In this document: positions 55,401 to 64,000 of the stretch, piece after piece
How positions within the stretch are numbered: the stretch's first letter is position 1
How the letters are laid out: every line of letters starts with the position of its first letter
DNA from: Tubiluchus corallicola
Taxonomy: Eukaryota > Animalia > Priapulida
Assembly (NCBI GenBank): GCA_030141605.1
Contig: JAQGDQ010000157.1
Coordinates: 127,537 to 191,536, forward strand
DNA: 64,000 nucleotides
Reading direction: 5' to 3'
Translations under genes and position numbers: made by a program
The notes under the pieces: model-generated
The model's database searches: none
What the model saw: only the letters and a program-made list of their open reading frames with translations
Told to the model about the DNA's origin: nothing

Positions 55401-57067
55401 TGTTCTATATTGCTTATGTTTACACTGAAGAAGAAACCCATATTGGGCTGCGAAGCATCTGTTTGTTAGTAAAAATAAAAGGCAGAATCTTTTATTAGTA
55501 CATCCATGTTTCTGCTATAGCCTTCACTTTATTGATATTTACAATAATGGATGCCAAACTTATTTCTGCATGTATGTTGACATCAAAATTATTTCGTACT
55601 AATGCTTCAATACAAATCAATTTAGTTTAAAGCCACACATAACTGTACAATATTTCTCCAGAACTCATGCAAAATCTCATTTCCTCAAAGATGTTGCTGC
55701 CACATCACTACATGTGTGTTTGCAAACCAAAATCGTCCGTAAGTCGGACATAGTTAAAACTATGGTATGATGCTTCAAAGTAGAATGCTCCAAAAATTTG
55801 GTCAAATGTCAATTTTTTGTTTTTTTTATATAAAAACAAATGCTAAATATATTGGGCTTTTATATACTAGCATCAAATTATCAAGAAAATGTTAAAAAAA
55901 AAACTCCTTAGTACTGCAATTGTAAAAAACTTGTATTTTCAAACTCCGATAGTACAGTCAACCTTGGGTATAAGGTACTCGCTTATAAGGGACCACCAAC
56001 ACCGGTCCCGATTTTTCGTAATGGTTTTCCTTTTAAAAATCTTCATGTATAAGGTACTCAAATGTAAGGGACTTTCGGTTATAAGGGACGATATCTTCAG
56101 GCCTCGTGTAATAGAAACCCAGATAAATTACTTTGCATATACTATGATCAAATATTTTTTACATCTTAAAAAGCCTATGCCGAGACCCAGCGCGGGTCCG
56201 ACTGTATTCCGCGGCTTTGGCCATCTGTGCGAGATTACCTCCTTATGTGTGATACAACAGAGGAGAATTGTAATGAGGCCATATTATCGGGGGATAAGCT
56301 AGATGTTTTTCTCATTCGACAGTGGGCATCCAGGTTAACCCAGAAAAGGATGTCAGACTTTTTTGGAAATAAATGAATAACAAGCAAACTTGGAGTAAAA
56401 TTGCTGATCACTACGGAGTAAAAATGTTCTAAAGACTCTGCTTAAACATTTGCATAAACATTATTAGCATAACTACCAGTAGTAAAATGGCTTGTCTTGG
56501 GATGAGTTTGAATAAACATCGATTTTTGTGTTCAGTTCAAGATGGTTCATTGGGCATTAGGCTACCATATGAGGTATATAGATACAGGTCTAGATACGCC
56601 CTCCGTCTGACTCAACTTCAGCTATAAGAGACATCGGATATAAGGGACGATTTTTTCAGGTCCGGAGGTGTCCCTTATATCCAAGGTTGACTGCAGATCA
56701 TTTTGCTCCGGGTTTTTTCTGCTGCTAAGCCCAGATCTTTGTCAGCAAAAGTCATCTACTGGATTTAAACATAACATCAGTGTCTCTTGCAAAGTCTGTA
56801 GCAACCAACAATTGCCGATTTGTGGTCAGTAAAACAAACAGCTGGTGAGCACACTAATCATTTCACAATGACAATAACTAAGATTTGTACCAGTTTTTCT
56901 TTGACTAGATCAGCAAACGAATACTCCGGACATTTGTCATCCGTGGATTCGCCGAGAGTAATTTCAAATCGGAAAGTTGTGGCATGCGGCGATGTGTCCT
57001 TCTTTTTCTTTTTCTTCACCTGCACAGGAGCAGGCGGTTGGAGTGTTATTCTCCTAGGTTCTGCCAT
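37367..57067 (-). CDS. UBN1: Ubinuclein (UBN1/UBN2/yemanuclein family), complete spliced CDS, 17 coding exons, 4041 nt, 1346 aa
   Basis: join on -: 57067-56891, 54904-54809, 53993-53880, 53291-53154, 52505-52431, 52060-51984, 51175-50937, 49028-48877, 47473-47236, 45905-45836, 45141-45001, 43425-43240, 42996-41250, 40741-40584, 39136-38962, 38430-38235, 37428-37367. All phases are consistent. Contains the HUN/HRD motif [28 protein letters not shown] and the UBN middle domain. UBN1 versus UBN2 cannot be assigned (likely co-ortholog). Confidence 0.93.
37685..37765. mobile_element. 81-bp pogo/Tc1-like MITE
   Basis: TA-CAGTAATCTC ... GAGTTTACTG-TA. Confidence 0.65.
38095..38162 (+). mobile_element. 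tRNA-like SINE head fragment
   Basis: A-box-like TGGTCTAAG region and B-box GGTTCAAATAC; no complete cloverleaf. Confidence 0.45.
38235..38430 (-). CDS. UBN1: Ubinuclein coding exon 16
   Basis: [18 protein letters not shown]; phase 0/1. An alternative in-frame acceptor 6 nt downstream is possible. Confidence 0.78.
38962..39136 (-). CDS. UBN1: Ubinuclein coding exon 15
   Basis: [29 protein letters not shown]; AAG acceptor; cag|gtacga donor. Confidence 0.78.
39885..40520. mobile_element. TIR element family E
   Basis: Ends ttgcatagcaaaatcgtccgtaagccggca / tgccgacttatggacggtgttggtttgcaa. Second (inverted) copy at ~55712-56850. Confidence 0.72.
40584..40741 (-). CDS. UBN1: Ubinuclein coding exon 14
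   Basis: [14 protein letters not shown]; phase 0/2; canonical sites. Confidence 0.8.
40981..41190 (-). mobile_element. Two 5S-rRNA-derived (SINE3-like) fragments
   Basis: Minus strand GAAGTTAA...TTACTGGATGGGTGGTCATCTGG resembles the 5S internal control region (GAAGCTAAG..TACTTGGATGGGAGACCGCCTGG); present twice. Confidence 0.55.
41250..42996 (-). CDS. UBN1: Ubinuclein coding exon 13 (1747 nt, S/Q/T/H-rich, low complexity)
   Basis: Core of the 592-aa ORF; tttctag| phase 2, |gtatga phase 0; fits both neighbouring exons. Confidence 0.88.
43240..43425 (-). CDS. UBN1: Ubinuclein coding exon 12
   Basis: [35 protein letters not shown] (cf. UBN 'EVKPLWPKGWM..FKESR'). Confidence 0.93.
43645..43940. 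repeat. ~78-bp tandem repeat, ~3.7 copies
   Basis: tacctggctagctattccacctacattacacacctccagacgtttac.. at 43651, 43729, ~43807 and 43881. Confidence 0.92.
44435..44613 (+). repeat. Degenerate interstitial (TTAGGG)n-like tract
   Basis: Directly visible; lies between short inverted repeats at ~44377 and ~44690. Confidence 0.85.
45001..45141 (-). CDS. UBN1: Ubinuclein coding exon 11 (ends at a GC donor)
   Basis: [19 protein letters not shown]; donor AG|GCAAGT. Confidence 0.88.
45560..45784 (+). mobile_element. Dispersed repeat family B 3' part
   Basis: Ends CAGTTTTCCT-TTAA. Confidence 0.7.
45836..45905 (-). CDS. UBN1: Ubinuclein coding exon 10
   Basis: [18 protein letters not shown]; tttttag| ... 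|gtgagt; phase 1/2. Confidence 0.9.
46522..47010. mobile_element. TTAA-flanked family D copy
   Basis: Starts TTAA-AGCACAA; matches 49066-49573. Confidence 0.72.
47236..47473 (-). CDS. UBN1: Ubinuclein coding exon 9 (middle domain)
   Basis: [39 protein letters not shown], matching the UBN conserved middle domain. Confidence 0.94.
48172..48731. mobile_element. pogo/Tigger-like MITE
   Basis: TA-CAGTAAACTATGTATAACTT ... AAGTTATACGTAGGTTACTA-TA. Confidence 0.75.
48877..49028 (-). CDS. UBN1: Ubinuclein coding exon 8
   Basis: [27 protein letters not shown]; phase 1/0. Confidence 0.88.
49066..49573. mobile_element. TTAA-flanked family D copy
   Basis: TTAA-AGCACAAG ... CCCC(T)-TTAA; matches 46522-47010. 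Confidence 0.72.
49703..50588. mobile_element. pogo-like MITE interrupted by MITE A
   Basis: TA-TAGTAGTCACTGTTTAATAGGACC ... GGTTTTACTAAGCGGCGACTACCG-TA. Confidence 0.55.
50087..50467 (+). mobile_element. MITE family A, full-length copy
   Basis: AATAAGCTTTTTCACAG..TTGTGAAAAGGCTTGTT. Confidence 0.9.
50937..51175 (-). CDS. UBN1: Ubinuclein coding exon 7
   Basis: [23 protein letters not shown]; phase 2/1; ttcttacag| ... |gtatgt. Confidence 0.87.
51245..51662 (+). mobile_element. MITE family A, full-length copy
   Basis: AAGCCTTTTCACAG..GAACTGTGAAAAAGCTT. Confidence 0.9.
51984..52060 (-). CDS. UBN1: Ubinuclein coding exon 6
   Basis: [26 protein letters not shown]; phase 0/2; tttgcag| ... |gtaatg. 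Confidence 0.82.
52431..52505 (-). CDS. UBN1: Ubinuclein coding exon 5
   Basis: [17 protein letters not shown]; phase 0/0; canonical AG/GT. Confidence 0.8.
53154..53291 (-). CDS. UBN1: Ubinuclein coding exon 4 (HUN/HRD domain)
   Basis: [26 protein letters not shown]..; ttcttacag| ... |gtatat. Confidence 0.94.
53880..53993 (-). CDS. UBN1: Ubinuclein coding exon 3 (HUN/HRD domain)
   Basis: ..[21 protein letters not shown]; ttgttag| ... |gtaagt. Confidence 0.94.
54104..54770. mobile_element. hAT-like non-autonomous element
   Basis: TIR CAGTGGCGGCT / AGCCGCCACTG with 8-bp TSD tctttaac / tctctaac. Confidence 0.85.
54809..54904 (-). CDS. UBN1: Ubinuclein coding exon 2
   Basis: [20 protein letters not shown]; tttcag| ... 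|gtaagt. Confidence 0.92.
55093..55534. mobile_element. TIR element (MITE), unclassified
   Basis: ~40-bp imperfect TIRs sharing CAGAAACATGG(A)TGTACTAAT; internal ~104-bp duplication. Confidence 0.65.
55955..56693. mobile_element. pogo/Tigger-like MITE nested in a family E copy
   Basis: TA-CAGTCAACCTTGGGTATAAGG ... CCTTATATCCAAGGTTGACTG-CA; subterminal TATAAGGGAC repeats. Confidence 0.88.
56891..57067 (-). CDS. UBN1: Ubinuclein coding exon 1
   Basis: [37 protein letters not shown] matches the UBN N-terminus. Acceptor cttttcag| at 57106; donor gtacaa. Confidence 0.9.
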
Positions 57068-57245
57068 TTAGACTAATGTGCACATTTCATTGTACTTCAC
57101 GACCTTCTGAAAAGAAGAAGATTTCACAATAAACTTGAGAGTTGATTTCGACTGATATCATTATTAAGTATCACAGGTGTCAGTAAAGATTTCTAACAGT
57201 ATAACACTAACGGTACACCATAACAGTAAAAGCAGAAAATGTAGA

Positions 57246-57851
57246 TGGGACGTTACGGAAACGAAAATTTCGTTTCAGTTTGCAGATAATTGCACTTTCG
57301 ACTTGAGTTTCGTTTTCGTCGAAAATTATTAAGTTTCGTAGCTGAAAGTTTCTGTAATTTTCGTTAGCATTTTTCTCAGGTTTTAGTAGTATTTATCCAG
57401 CTTACCTTTTTGATTTCTAGACGTTAAAAATCGTTGAAAAATTTTTGCCTAAAATAGTTCAAATAAAGTGTAAATAGTGTTTATTTAACTTTTGGTACCA
57501 TTTGTAGCATGTTTTCTACAACAATGCAGCATATCGTCAGTGCTTATGACATTGAAGTTTAAGGTCTCCAGGCACAATCAACCGAAATATCAAAGCAGAC
57601 CTTGAATAAAACCATGTTTAACTTAACAAAATTTGTTACAGCTTCATGATCTTTAAACATAAACATTCTTCTACATTTTTTGCCCAGCTACTTCATCAAG
57701 CTTGTATCAGAGCAATTACGAGCAAATACAAAGTACTTTCTGAAGTTTTCGGTTTTGATAGTAGTTGGTTTTGCAAAAATGATATCAGTTCGGTTTCGTT
57801 TTGGTATTGGTTTCCTACATTTTATAAATTTTGGTTTCGGTAACATCCCTG
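57246..57851. mobile_element. hAT-like non-autonomous element
   Basis: Ends TGGGACGTTACGGAAAC / GTTTCGGTAACATCCCTG; flanks aatgtaga / attgtaga; GTTTCG subterminal repeats. Confidence 0.7.
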
Positions 57852-58508
57852 ATTGTAGATACTGTGATCAGCCATCCTGATTTTCTCGGATGCCTCAGGG
57901 AATTGCGGTACATGTCAAGGAACCGAATGTGGCCTGAAATTGCTAGAGAAAATTTACATCTTACAGCCAATCTTATGTTTTCAAAACCTTCAAATGCAGG
58001 TCAGCAAAGCTAAATCTAAAGGAAAGAGCACTCACTTAACTTTCCAGCATAATCATAATAGTTAAGTATGACTTTTAGCTTTTTGAGTTTGTTTATAATT
58101 TTGTTAACGCTTAACTACCTAGCTTGTTTGGTTTCTTCGGCAATACGCAGCACTCATTTTAAAATGCCCAGCTAGCAGCTGTAAATTGAGTTTTGTAAAA
58201 GCGGTTAAACTTGCGTTTATGATTCAGAATGATCTTGATTATGTATGTGATAAAATTAAGCAATTACACATACACTATACTATTACTTACTCTATAGCTG
58301 AACTTTAAAATTTAAATTAATTTCAGCATTTGGCACCCTAAGCAACCTGTCTAGTGGTGGAGCCCTAGATAAATAAAGAACTCTTCTAGAACCTGGCGTC
58401 ACGCTGCGAGGGAGGTAGAAGTGCTACACCCAATAATTAGCTTTAAACTCAAAATTGGAAGGTATAGTTAGTAGATGCTTGAGAAACAAGTTTACTTTCA
58501 TTTCTTAC

Positions 58509-58900
58509 CTGCCTCACAGCTACTACTCCGCCTAACTTATGCAGCGCTATACTACAGACAAACTGGACAAATTGCCAACACAAATTAGCAAAAATGCTTT
58601 GTTATAATGGACCATTGCAAACGATTGGGGGAAATCATTTCATGGTTTCTACACACACCGTGACACACGTTTATACAAATCATACCAACAACTACGACTT
58701 CAACATCTTCTTTTCCTTTATGAAACTTATATGTCTTAGTTAAGAAAATAGTAAGAACAAACATTCACAGTGAAAACAAATCCACACCTTGGAAAAGCAA
58801 TGAAGTATTTGATTACCACCAAAATTACTTTGTTACCTCTTGTGGCAATAGGGGCGATCACTGAAGCTGTGCACAAACTGGAACAAAATGCGTTTCCGAC
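58509..58900 (-). other. Candidate non-coding first exon (5' UTR) of ubinuclein; 5' boundary approximate
   Basis: Strong donor CAG|GTAAGA at 58508 upstream of the 57106 acceptor. No coding similarity. Confidence 0.5.
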
Positions 58901-59035
58901 GACACTCGCGCACCGCTGTTTTCCGGCAATGTTAAAGGAAGCAGAATGATTTTTCATTTTCATATTCGGCGCTATTACACTTTCGCACCGCCTAGCTTTT
59001 CCTGGCCTATTGGTTCTTTTCACGCCTGCATGTCA
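58895..59035 (-). promoter_or_regulatory. Candidate ubinuclein promoter
   Basis: Local CpG/GC enrichment with CCAAT (ATTGG ~59010), ETS-like TTCCGG (58921) and E2F-like TTCGGCGC, located between the ACOX 3' end and the UBN 5' exon. Confidence 0.35.
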
Positions 59036-61054
59036 GAAAGCAGACCAACATTCTAGCTCTTCTTTTCAATGCATTTTAATAAAATGTTACGAGATTTAAA
59101 ACTTTGGAACCCAAAAAATGAAGAAATAAAAATTACGTGTAATAAATAGACATTTGTCCGAACTTCCCAAGAGGGTTTTTTGGAAACAAAACATTGTATT
59201 ATACATATATTTTTCTACTTATGTTAAAAAAGCTCGCAGCATGGTATTTCGAATCGCTAGCTGATCAACGATCTATAAGTACTAACATGACTCGGTGATG
59301 CTAAACATCGGTGAACAGACGAATTAAAATAGGTGTTTTCAATAATAATAGCATGTAGAAATGAATATAATTAACGAGTGACGCTTGTACCTAGGAAGGA
59401 TTCATCAATTATATCTGCAGCTTGGCTAAAATCAAGATCTATAACTGCACAGAGTTTGTTCAAATAGCGTCCCATTTAATTCGTAATTTGTAATTTATTA
59501 TCCAGTTCAGTATAACAATTTGCGTTATCATCTTATGACTAGTATGCATTATAACTAGGAAAGATCAAATATAAAATGCAATAATTGTAACTGAACCATA
59601 TTAGTATAGCTATAGATATAGTTTATCAACCAGAAATAGATGCTACATGGTGGTCGAGAAGCAAAGCTTGTGAAACCACTAAAACGAAATAGAAAGGAGT
59701 TCAGTAGAGACCGGATGCAAAAGTATGAAAATATGAACAGTAAAGTGAAGCATCTGGCAATATAGCCAGTCACGGGATATACTGTAACTATCACAGTTCA
59801 CGGTCAAACTAAAAAAATGTGTTACAAGTAGGATTGGAGTAGAAGAGATTTTATATAATCTTTTAAACCCATATACATGCTCGATGTGTTGTAACATAAA
59901 TTGATATTTTATTCCATGGATTTGGGGCGGTAAATTTTACAAAGCATCTGGCAGTATTGGTCCTGCAAAACGGAATATTATGTTCATAAGAAATAGCCAA
60001 TGAACCATACTTATTGAAAAATACTCATTGAATCATAGCGGCTAAGGAGACGTAAAATTACGGGACCGGAAATGGTCAGCAACTAGCTTCACAAACTTTT
60101 GCTTTGTTTCTGACATACGTGTACTTCGCCATTCAAAAATAGCATCTAGAAATGTCCCTGCTGCAGCACTCAGACGTCATTCAGAAATCTTTTGTTCTGG
60201 TAACCTTGTGTCATATGTCATCATCGTACAGAGTAAACAGTTTTGTTGTGTTACAGGTAATTCTGATGACGATTTGGCCACGCCATCTATTGGAAAGCAT
60301 AATAATTTGTCGCTATCAGTGTAACTGAAATGCTATAACTGCGTAGCATTATAAACCTCAATTTCTGACAATTTGAAACACTATGAAGGTTAGCTTGTGG
60401 CACACAGTCAAGCAGCAGACTTCAGCCAAAGCGAACAACTTATTTGCAGGAGCAGCATTCACATAACATCACAAAAAGGCTAGACCAAAAAAGGAAAATT
60501 TCTTATTAAACGAACAACAGTTTTATCGCGCAAGTGCGCAGACGGTAAAAATTTATTATTTACCAATTTGAACAAGCTTTGCATAACTCATCCATAAACT
60601 CATCAAAAAATTTTACACTTCACTGAAGTTTTTCACTTGCATTGCCATTGTTATGATATAACTTGTATTGTCGGTCGCTAGATGCCACTAATATGCTATC
60701 CTCTATGCTTGATACAGCCATCATAACGTAAATAAAACAAATTACATGTGATAATAAATTGTAAATGGTAAAAAACAGTTTTCAAGTCTATGATAAAAAT
60801 CTTTCAAAAATTAAACTTTTTAAAAATAATTAGCGGTCAGCTGCAATATCCAAATAAATAATCATGTAATTATTTCTTTTGTAATTAGCATATACACCGT
60901 GATTATATGTAATAAAACAATAGTGAAGTTAAACATTATTATTTTTGACCATTAATAAACATTATAAACAACGATCTTAATTTGTTCTTGCATTAAATAA
61001 TGAGTGTTTTGTGCTACATGTAGACTGCTTCACGTTGAAGTACATTATCACAGT

Positions 61055-61117
61055 TTACAGCTTTGACCTGGCTTCTTCCATCATTGGCTTCAAGTAAGTG
61101 TAATAGGACGGATGAAT
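61055..61117 (-). CDS. ACOX1: Peroxisomal acyl-CoA oxidase, last exon with PTS1
   Basis: ttcttttag|IHPSYYTYLKPMMEEARSKL*; C-terminal SKL peroxisomal targeting signal. Confidence 0.93.
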   Translation of the reverse strand: MHPSYYTYLKPMMEEARSKL

Positions 61118-61183
61118 CTAAAAGAAAATTTTTCCATTAATAGTTAATAAAATTATACTTGCTAAGAAAGTAAAAACTATTAA

Positions 61184-61300
61184 ATGATGATGATGACGAT
61201 GATGATGATGATAGTGATGATGATGACGATGATGATGAGGCGACGACGATGATTATGTTGATGATGATGATGAGGAGGAGGAGTAGGAGGACGACGACGA
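61184..61300. repeat. (GAT)n-type microsatellite
   Basis: Directly visible. Confidence 0.88.
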
Positions 61301-62440
61301 TCGAACCCCTGTCTAAATTACGTGGCATTTGTTTTTGTTTTTTGAAAATTTTAAATTTCAAAGGACTCAATTTCGCACTTGTGTAATATGTTAACTGTAC
61401 ACGCTGTATGACAAAACCCTTGCTAGACTTGGATGCACTGATATAATGCAGTTATAATAAATTTTTGCAACAACAATACACTGTCACTATTTTTTTATTA
61501 AGTGAAGAATGTTGAAACGAACTAGTTAGCCTATTCACACTAAACTCGGCGTGATTTACATTTAGCTAAACGTATTTTAAATTAAAATGAATTCCTGCTC
61601 TACTCTAGTTTGAAAGTTAATTATTTTTAAGCTTATTCGTAATTTGGAACTTTAGTCAGTGGAGGAAGTTGTGACATTTAGGACTAATATTAAGTAATGA
61701 TGACGGCAGCTCTCTGCAAGATGTCCCATAAAGAACTCACTTGTTTCAATCTGCTAATAAACCTCTCGTAATGTAAAAAGAAAAATGAGGATTCAAAAGG
61801 GCCCCTAGTTGTGCTGTTCTCTATTTTTGTCGCAGGATGACGCCACATAAGCTTTATGAACGCCACTGTCGATTATGAGGAAGTGATTTCAATCAGCATT
61901 TCAATCACCATTTTCTAACATCGTTACTTGAAAATGAAGAAAAGGGGATTTTAAAGTATGTTCCAAAAATCTTTCCACGCAAAGTTATATTACTTCGCAT
62001 TACGCTTACCTGCTTGAAAGACTTATGTAATTACAAAAGAAAATTCTTAGCAATTTAAAGTGTCACTGACTCAGCTTCCCAGCGTGCACCAATGGCTCAC
62101 CAAAAACGTATTTTTAATGCTATTGAGAAGATACAGTAATTTATAACTTTGCGTAGTTTGCGAAATGTGTGCTACGAATGCTCTGATTACTTTTTCGAAT
62201 TTCAAGCAATGTTATCTAAACTTGTTTCAAACGACTTTGCATTAAAATGGCTGCGCCTAACGGTCACCGCGGGAGCTTAAATTTACAAGTTTCATCCATC
62301 GTTGCTGCTGACGCAAGCTTCGTGCGCTCTGCACAGTAAGGCAACATATAGTCGGTACAAAATTTCAATGCGATTTCTTTTAACTTTATACAAGTAAAGG
62401 GTTTTCTTGTGCTTTAAACTCAAGAAAACTAGTGTAACCA

Positions 62441-62570
62441 GACGGTTTAGTCTAGTGGTAACGCGTCCGCTTTCCGTTTGGGAGATCATGAGTTTGACCA
62501 AAAATTTTATAAATGGTATTTGCTATTGCCCTGTTTGGTGCACGGCATTTAGGGTAATCGTGGGGTAATT
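62441..62570 (+). mobile_element. tRNA-derived SINE head
   Basis: GGTTTAGTCTAGTGGTAACGCGTCCGCTT..; same family as 28085-28215. Confidence 0.6.
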
Positions 62571-62671
62571 ATAGTCTCTGTTATGTAGTTGTAGATTGTT
62601 ATTTACCGTTGGTCCAAAAGCTCTTTGGGGTTTATTTTAATTGTTCATCCTAACAGCCAACTTCAAATAAA

Positions 62672-62737
62672 GATTATTATTATTATTATTGTTGTTGTTG
62701 TTGTTGTTGTTATTATTATCATCATCACCATTATTAT
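62672..62737. repeat. (ATT)n(GTT)n(ATC)n microsatellite
   Basis: Directly visible. Confidence 0.88.
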
Positions 62738-62776
62738 AAGTTTAGAATATAGATTAGAATCTTTAGTTATACTAAC

Positions 62777-62983
62777 GTTTGTTTCGTTTAACGTGGATTT
62801 CTTGGCGAATTCGAACAGTCGTTCATAAACGTTGCCATCGTACGCTCCCAATGCACTGCGTAGATAATCATCATGGTAGTCAAACGCGTCAACCAAAGTC
62901 ACAGCATTGGGTCTCACTTCTGCAAGCAGTTCTGTCACATATTGTTTCACCTGAGCTAACTGAGTGCCATTCATGAAACCATC
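62777..62983 (-). CDS. ACOX1: Peroxisomal acyl-CoA oxidase, penultimate exon
   Basis: DGFM..LLAEVRPNAVTLVDAFDYHDDYLRSALGAYDGNVYERLFEFAKKSTLN, the ACOX C-terminal domain signature. Confidence 0.94.
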
Positions 62984-63344
62984 CTTCGCAAAAAACACAC
63001 AGCTTGTTGATAGGGGCGTAGCCAAGTTCTAAAGTCAGGGGGAGCAAGCACATAAAAATGCGCGGGAACATATACTAAAAAATTTTTTAACGAGTTGATT
63101 AAACATTTTGATTTTGTGTTTAAAATCAAACCACGAGAAAGGTACACTTTTAAAGAAAGTACATAACTGTTATCCTGTACTTAAAACTAAAACACAGTAA
63201 AAAGTTTTACTGTAAGCTCTTAAATTTCAAAACAATAAAAACAGGTATGTTATTTAATTATTTTAACTTTAAACGTAAAATTAAAACAAAACGAAGCATT
63301 GTGAAAAGCCTACCATGAAGGAACTACAACAGTCTCTTTCATCA

Positions 63345-63704
63345 CACGTGCGCACGTGCAGTTGCTGTAGGCCAAAGGTCAAGTGTACCACAGCAACGCA
63401 TCTCAACTGCAACCGTCACGTGACATGTTGGTAAAGCAAAGTGGTCTGCCGCATCACTTCAGTAACTTGACGTGGACTTTACATAACTATGTATTGTACG
63501 TAGAGTGATTTACTAGCAGGATATTGCTTGGGAACAAGAAAAAATAAATTAGGTAAGATTCTAGCTAGCTCTTAAAACTGCTTCTATTAGAATAGCTGGG
63601 GCTGCGAGATGTTGTTAAGTGTGCACAAATGCGTTGTCTGGTACATTTAACCTTTGACTTTCTCAAGATCATCATCAATCGCTAGAATTGTGAAAAGGCT
63701 TATT
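63345..63704 (+). mobile_element. MITE family A copy in ACOX intron
   Basis: Ends TTGTGAAAAGGCTTATT, ~17 nt from the intron donor. Confidence 0.88.
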
Positions 63705-63722
63705 ATTGATTCCAACTTGTAC

Positions 63723-63869
63723 CTCTAGGAAGTCGCCTGCAGCTTGCTCGATTGTATACATGCAGTAGAGTTGATACAGCGTCGACAACACATCACGAGT
63801 GGGTTCATCAACATCTTTGCGGTCCAAAGCATCTTCAAATGTTCTCACAACAATGTATTCTGAATGGGC
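63723..63869 (-). CDS. ACOX1: Peroxisomal acyl-CoA oxidase, third-last exon (gene continues beyond window)
   Basis: AHSEYIVVRTF..VLSTLYQLYCMYTIEQAAGDFLE (cf. ACOX1 'AHCHYVVVKLF..LCLLYSLYGISQNAGDFLQ'); phase 0/0. Confidence 0.9.
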
Positions 63870-64000
63870 CTTTAGAAAAATTAAATTATTTTAATTGTCT
63901 AGTAAAGAGTGGCTACTAATGTTATGACAATAATTAATCTGTTTGTCATTCAGCATTTGTCAAAAATATGGGTTTAAATGTCAATTACTTTCACAGCACT

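Noticed and set aside
58900-61055. ACOX-UBN operon (tandem, same strand)
   Set aside because: About 1.5-2 kb separates the ACOX poly(A) candidate (~60552) from a plausible UBN promoter and non-coding first exon. There is no abutting junction typical of tunicate operons.

Overview
AT-rich, intron-rich metazoan genomic DNA. An invertebrate chordate, probably a tunicate, fits best, but this is inference only. There is no prokaryotic content and no CRISPR. Three spliced genes can be reconstructed with consistent splice phases. (1) On +, the 3' half of a Josephin-domain deubiquitinase (JOSD1/2-like), whose last two exons (<1..29 and 27291..27741) are separated by a 27,261-bp intron. (2) On -, a complete ubinuclein (UBN1/2, HIRA-complex H3.3 chaperone subunit): 17 coding exons, 57067..37367, 1346 aa by my reconstruction, with one GC-AG intron. 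(3) On -, the last three exons of a peroxisomal acyl-CoA oxidase (ACOX1-like) ending in SKL. Non-coding DNA is dense with MITEs (one ~400-bp family present ~12 times), TTAA-flanked, hAT-like and pogo-like elements, LINE 3' ends, tRNA- and 5S-derived SINE fragments, and micro/minisatellites. The most interesting signal is the giant JOSD intron. Between its repeats lie homeodomain-site clusters (including TAATCTGATTA), a recurrent TGAAGCCA octamer and a candidate antisense first exon. This fits a bystander intron hosting the distal promoter and enhancers of an opposite-strand developmental gene whose body lies left of the window. Pitx is my unverified candidate.
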